Positions 61,362 to 64,000 of a stretch of 64,000 nucleotides of DNA are shown one piece after another (the stretch's first letter is position 1; every line of letters starts with the position of its first letter). This DNA comes from Balanoglossus misakiensis (Eukaryota > Animalia > Hemichordata). The DNA lies in the NCBI GenBank assembly GCA_040954595.2, contig CM082587.2, forward strand, positions 8,809,403-8,873,402, in the 5' to 3' direction. The notes beneath the pieces are model-generated. The model saw nothing but the letters and a program-made list of their open reading frames with translations, was not told the DNA's origin and did no database searches. Made by a program: the position numbers and the translations under genes.

Positions 61362-63828
61362 GTGTCATTACATGCATGTACGCGATGACAATTGGCAAAT
61401 AGGGAATATAAAGGTGTATCATGTTCGAGGGTGTAAGATATCAAGACATTGCCTCCATGGACAGAAAATTTACGGGGAAATACAAATACTGTAAGTAGAA
61501 TGTGAACTGTTTATATATAAGACAAATAACGGTAGACCTCATTTTAAACCATGAGCTGGAAGAAGCTGTACAACCCATAATGTGTTGTTCTTCAGACCCA
61601 AACATCGAAACTTCGCAGAACGATCGGAAATATAAAAAACGACACAAGTCTAGGGCGTATTCATTAATACATTGGCTTGGTTGACTGACCCACTGGTTGA
61701 TATTGATGGAATCTGGGGTGTACTAACAACTCAATTTCCAAATTGTTCAGAATCGCCTCTTCTTTTTCCAACATATTGAAAATGTTGCGTAACACTTCTT
61801 TAGTTCTGTCGGTGATTGGCCGATGTAACAGGTTACTTCAAAATAACAACATGAATTGTTGTCTTGATTTTTGTCTCACGACACAGCATGCAGTGAGTAA
61901 AGTTGTGCTCAATAGCAAAATATCACTGGTCAGTAAAATAAATTGAAATTGCTCGTCGCCTATACTTCTTTAACTTATTACAATCCAAAAGTCATTCATT
62001 TTAGCCTGGAACCGTGACCCAGACTTGAAGTACAATTCCGTGGAACTGACAACCATAATAACCCAAACAAATGTATCTTATTTGACCTGTACACTCAGAA
62101 GTCTGAACGTCGACTTATTTGTTGTAATGTAGGAATATCACTGACACGACGATTCAGTTCTTGCAACTGATATTGGTAAAGAAAGAAGGGACGTAGGTGT
62201 TCGTTTGTTTGTATCCATTATATTCTTTCCTCTCGTTTTTTTCGACATTGAATGGCAGGGTCGTCTTTATTTCCTAAATCAGATCTTCTTCGTGGGTCTT
62301 TACAACCGGTGAAGGAACTACCAATCAAATGTGGATAGATTTTCAAGGCGATCAAATGAAAGGGCTTATTTTTGCCTTTACAGTATTGTAAATCACGCAC
62401 TTCCAATAATGTGAAGAACTGTAAACGAAACCAATCGAATATGTACAAGAGTGTTTACAAGTCCAACAACACGTATTATAGCTGTACTAAAATTGTCTCC
62501 TTAATCTTCAAATTATGAGTGCATAGGGACCTCTAAAACCCCCCGATACTGGATGCTTTACATTTACGATAATCGTTTCTTAGTTTTCGTTCGTGTCTAA
62601 TCACAAAGGGCTTAGTTTCTTCATAACATTGCCCATCCGCACATGTGCATCTAGATGTGCGTGGCGTATCGTCATGATCACCAGACTATAACGTTATCTT
62701 GTAACAGTTCCCTGCTACTAGTACTAACTCACATCGTCAATCCTTTTCTCAGACACGAGTCTTAAATTCGAAAATTCGCTTCTTTATTGACTTATTTGGC
62801 GCGGCGCGGTACTGAAGATTATATCAGGTAATCAATCCGTAATCTTAGTACACGTATTGTTTTCATACAAACAAGGTTTGAACTCTCGAAAGCTTTTTGC
62901 CATCCCTTAGTTCTCAAAATCATTACAATTTTGTTGTTTATATAATATGTTCTAAATCAATGTTGTGTGCGACGATTTCCACGAGTTGCAATAAGTCATT
63001 CTCTCGTCAATTTTGCGCTGGCGCCACCTCTGTACAAAAAGTCGATTCATAATCCCCCGTCTTTTGTCACGTTCACTTGTGGTAAAAAAGGCACTTGTGG
63101 CAAAAGGGAAATACACGTACACCTAGCTGAAGAAGATTGATATTCTTACGGTGACATGTGCTACTTCCAAAACCTTTCATTTTGGAGAAAATCAACACGC
63201 TTGAACAACACTGTGAGCATTGGTTTTGAATATTTGACCCAAAGGTCAGGGAATATATAGTCTGCACCAATCAATATGGTACAGTCCCTTATTATTAATC
63301 ATCGTAGCTACAGATAATGTGATGGAATACGGAATTGGCATTTATATTCATGATTGGCCGACCGTCGTTTACGGTGGAGCCGCTGGCTACCTGAACATTT
63401 TACTAACTACAGGGAGCGTTCAGTTATTATGAGAGGGGTGGTCCATCTTATTCATCGTTTTGCACTTTCGGGGGTGCCGCGACTCCCTCAAGAGGTTCCA
63501 AGTCTTTTCGTTTCTGAATAACAGCCCCGCGGACTTTTACCTTTTGCAAGAAACCTACACACTCTCACAGGGTGAACAGCCCTGATCCCATTCACAAAAC
63601 TATTACAATCCAACTGCTGGCTAATTGTCCTCGAATTAGTCGAGTCAATCGTGAAATTCAGGACAAAGATTTTATCTTTCGAGTACTTCATATAAATACA
63701 GTAAACAACTTATAAATAATCGCACACCTGGCATTGATGGGATTTTACAAAACATTCATGTCAAACTCAATCAAAGAAGGTATCCCACCGCTATCTTGCA
63801 GAAGAGCTATAATAAGCATTAGACTTAA

Positions 63829-64000
63829 GGTGGCATTGCATGATACCGTCGAGACTTTTTCAGAGGCCTATTTCTCATCAAAGACAAAGTTAAAACCCCC
63901 ATAAACCATATATATTCTAGAAGCTGAGATTTTGAACTTTTGTTTGAGTTGCAAATATTATTGGTATTAATGGTGGCGATTTTGGGTGAAAAAAAACATT
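63829..64000. mobile_element. Inverted second copy of the 13386-14122 TTAA element, cut off by the window edge
   Basis: TTAA|ggtggcattgca...gactttttcagaggcctatttctcatcaaagacaa is the approximate reverse complement of the right end of that element. Confidence 0.85.

Noticed and set aside
63400-63790. Possible Penelope/GIY-YIG remnant or host exons on the minus strand
   Set aside because: Only a lone CQVC motif; no GIY/YIG or RT signature and no convincing splice pair.

Overview
This is AT-rich, transposon-dense eukaryotic DNA, probably from a marine invertebrate; the species cannot be determined. Two intact, apparently very young Ty3/Gypsy LTR retrotransposons dominate it. Element A (38982-47051) has 641-bp LTRs identical by eye, TSD ATTC, a tRNA-Ser PBS, an RRM+PNMA-type Gag and a -1 frameshifted pol. 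Element B (54023-61361) has 531-bp LTRs with non-canonical TG...TA ends, TSD GTGT, a tRNA-Ala-like PBS and one gag-pol ORF ending in a chromodomain. The most striking observation is in the element A LTR: an exact 64-bp duplication running from the predicted transcription start to a splice donor and ending in a complete 3' splice site. This suggests an intron that is spliced out yet regenerated at each reverse-transcription cycle (inference). Minus-strand exons at 51.4-52.8 kb encode a class B1 GPCR hormone-binding ectodomain that seems to stop before the 7TM bundle. The rest is decayed LINE fragments (RTE, Rex1/Babar, L1/Tx1, CR1/L2/Crack-like), an Academ XPG-type remnant, Helentron-type elements with tandem core repeats, TTAA/TA/9-bp-TSD MITEs, fold-back elements and orphan host-gene exons (TDRD12-like helicase, G2E3-like HECT, PHD). 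All calls are from reading by eye; no searches were run.
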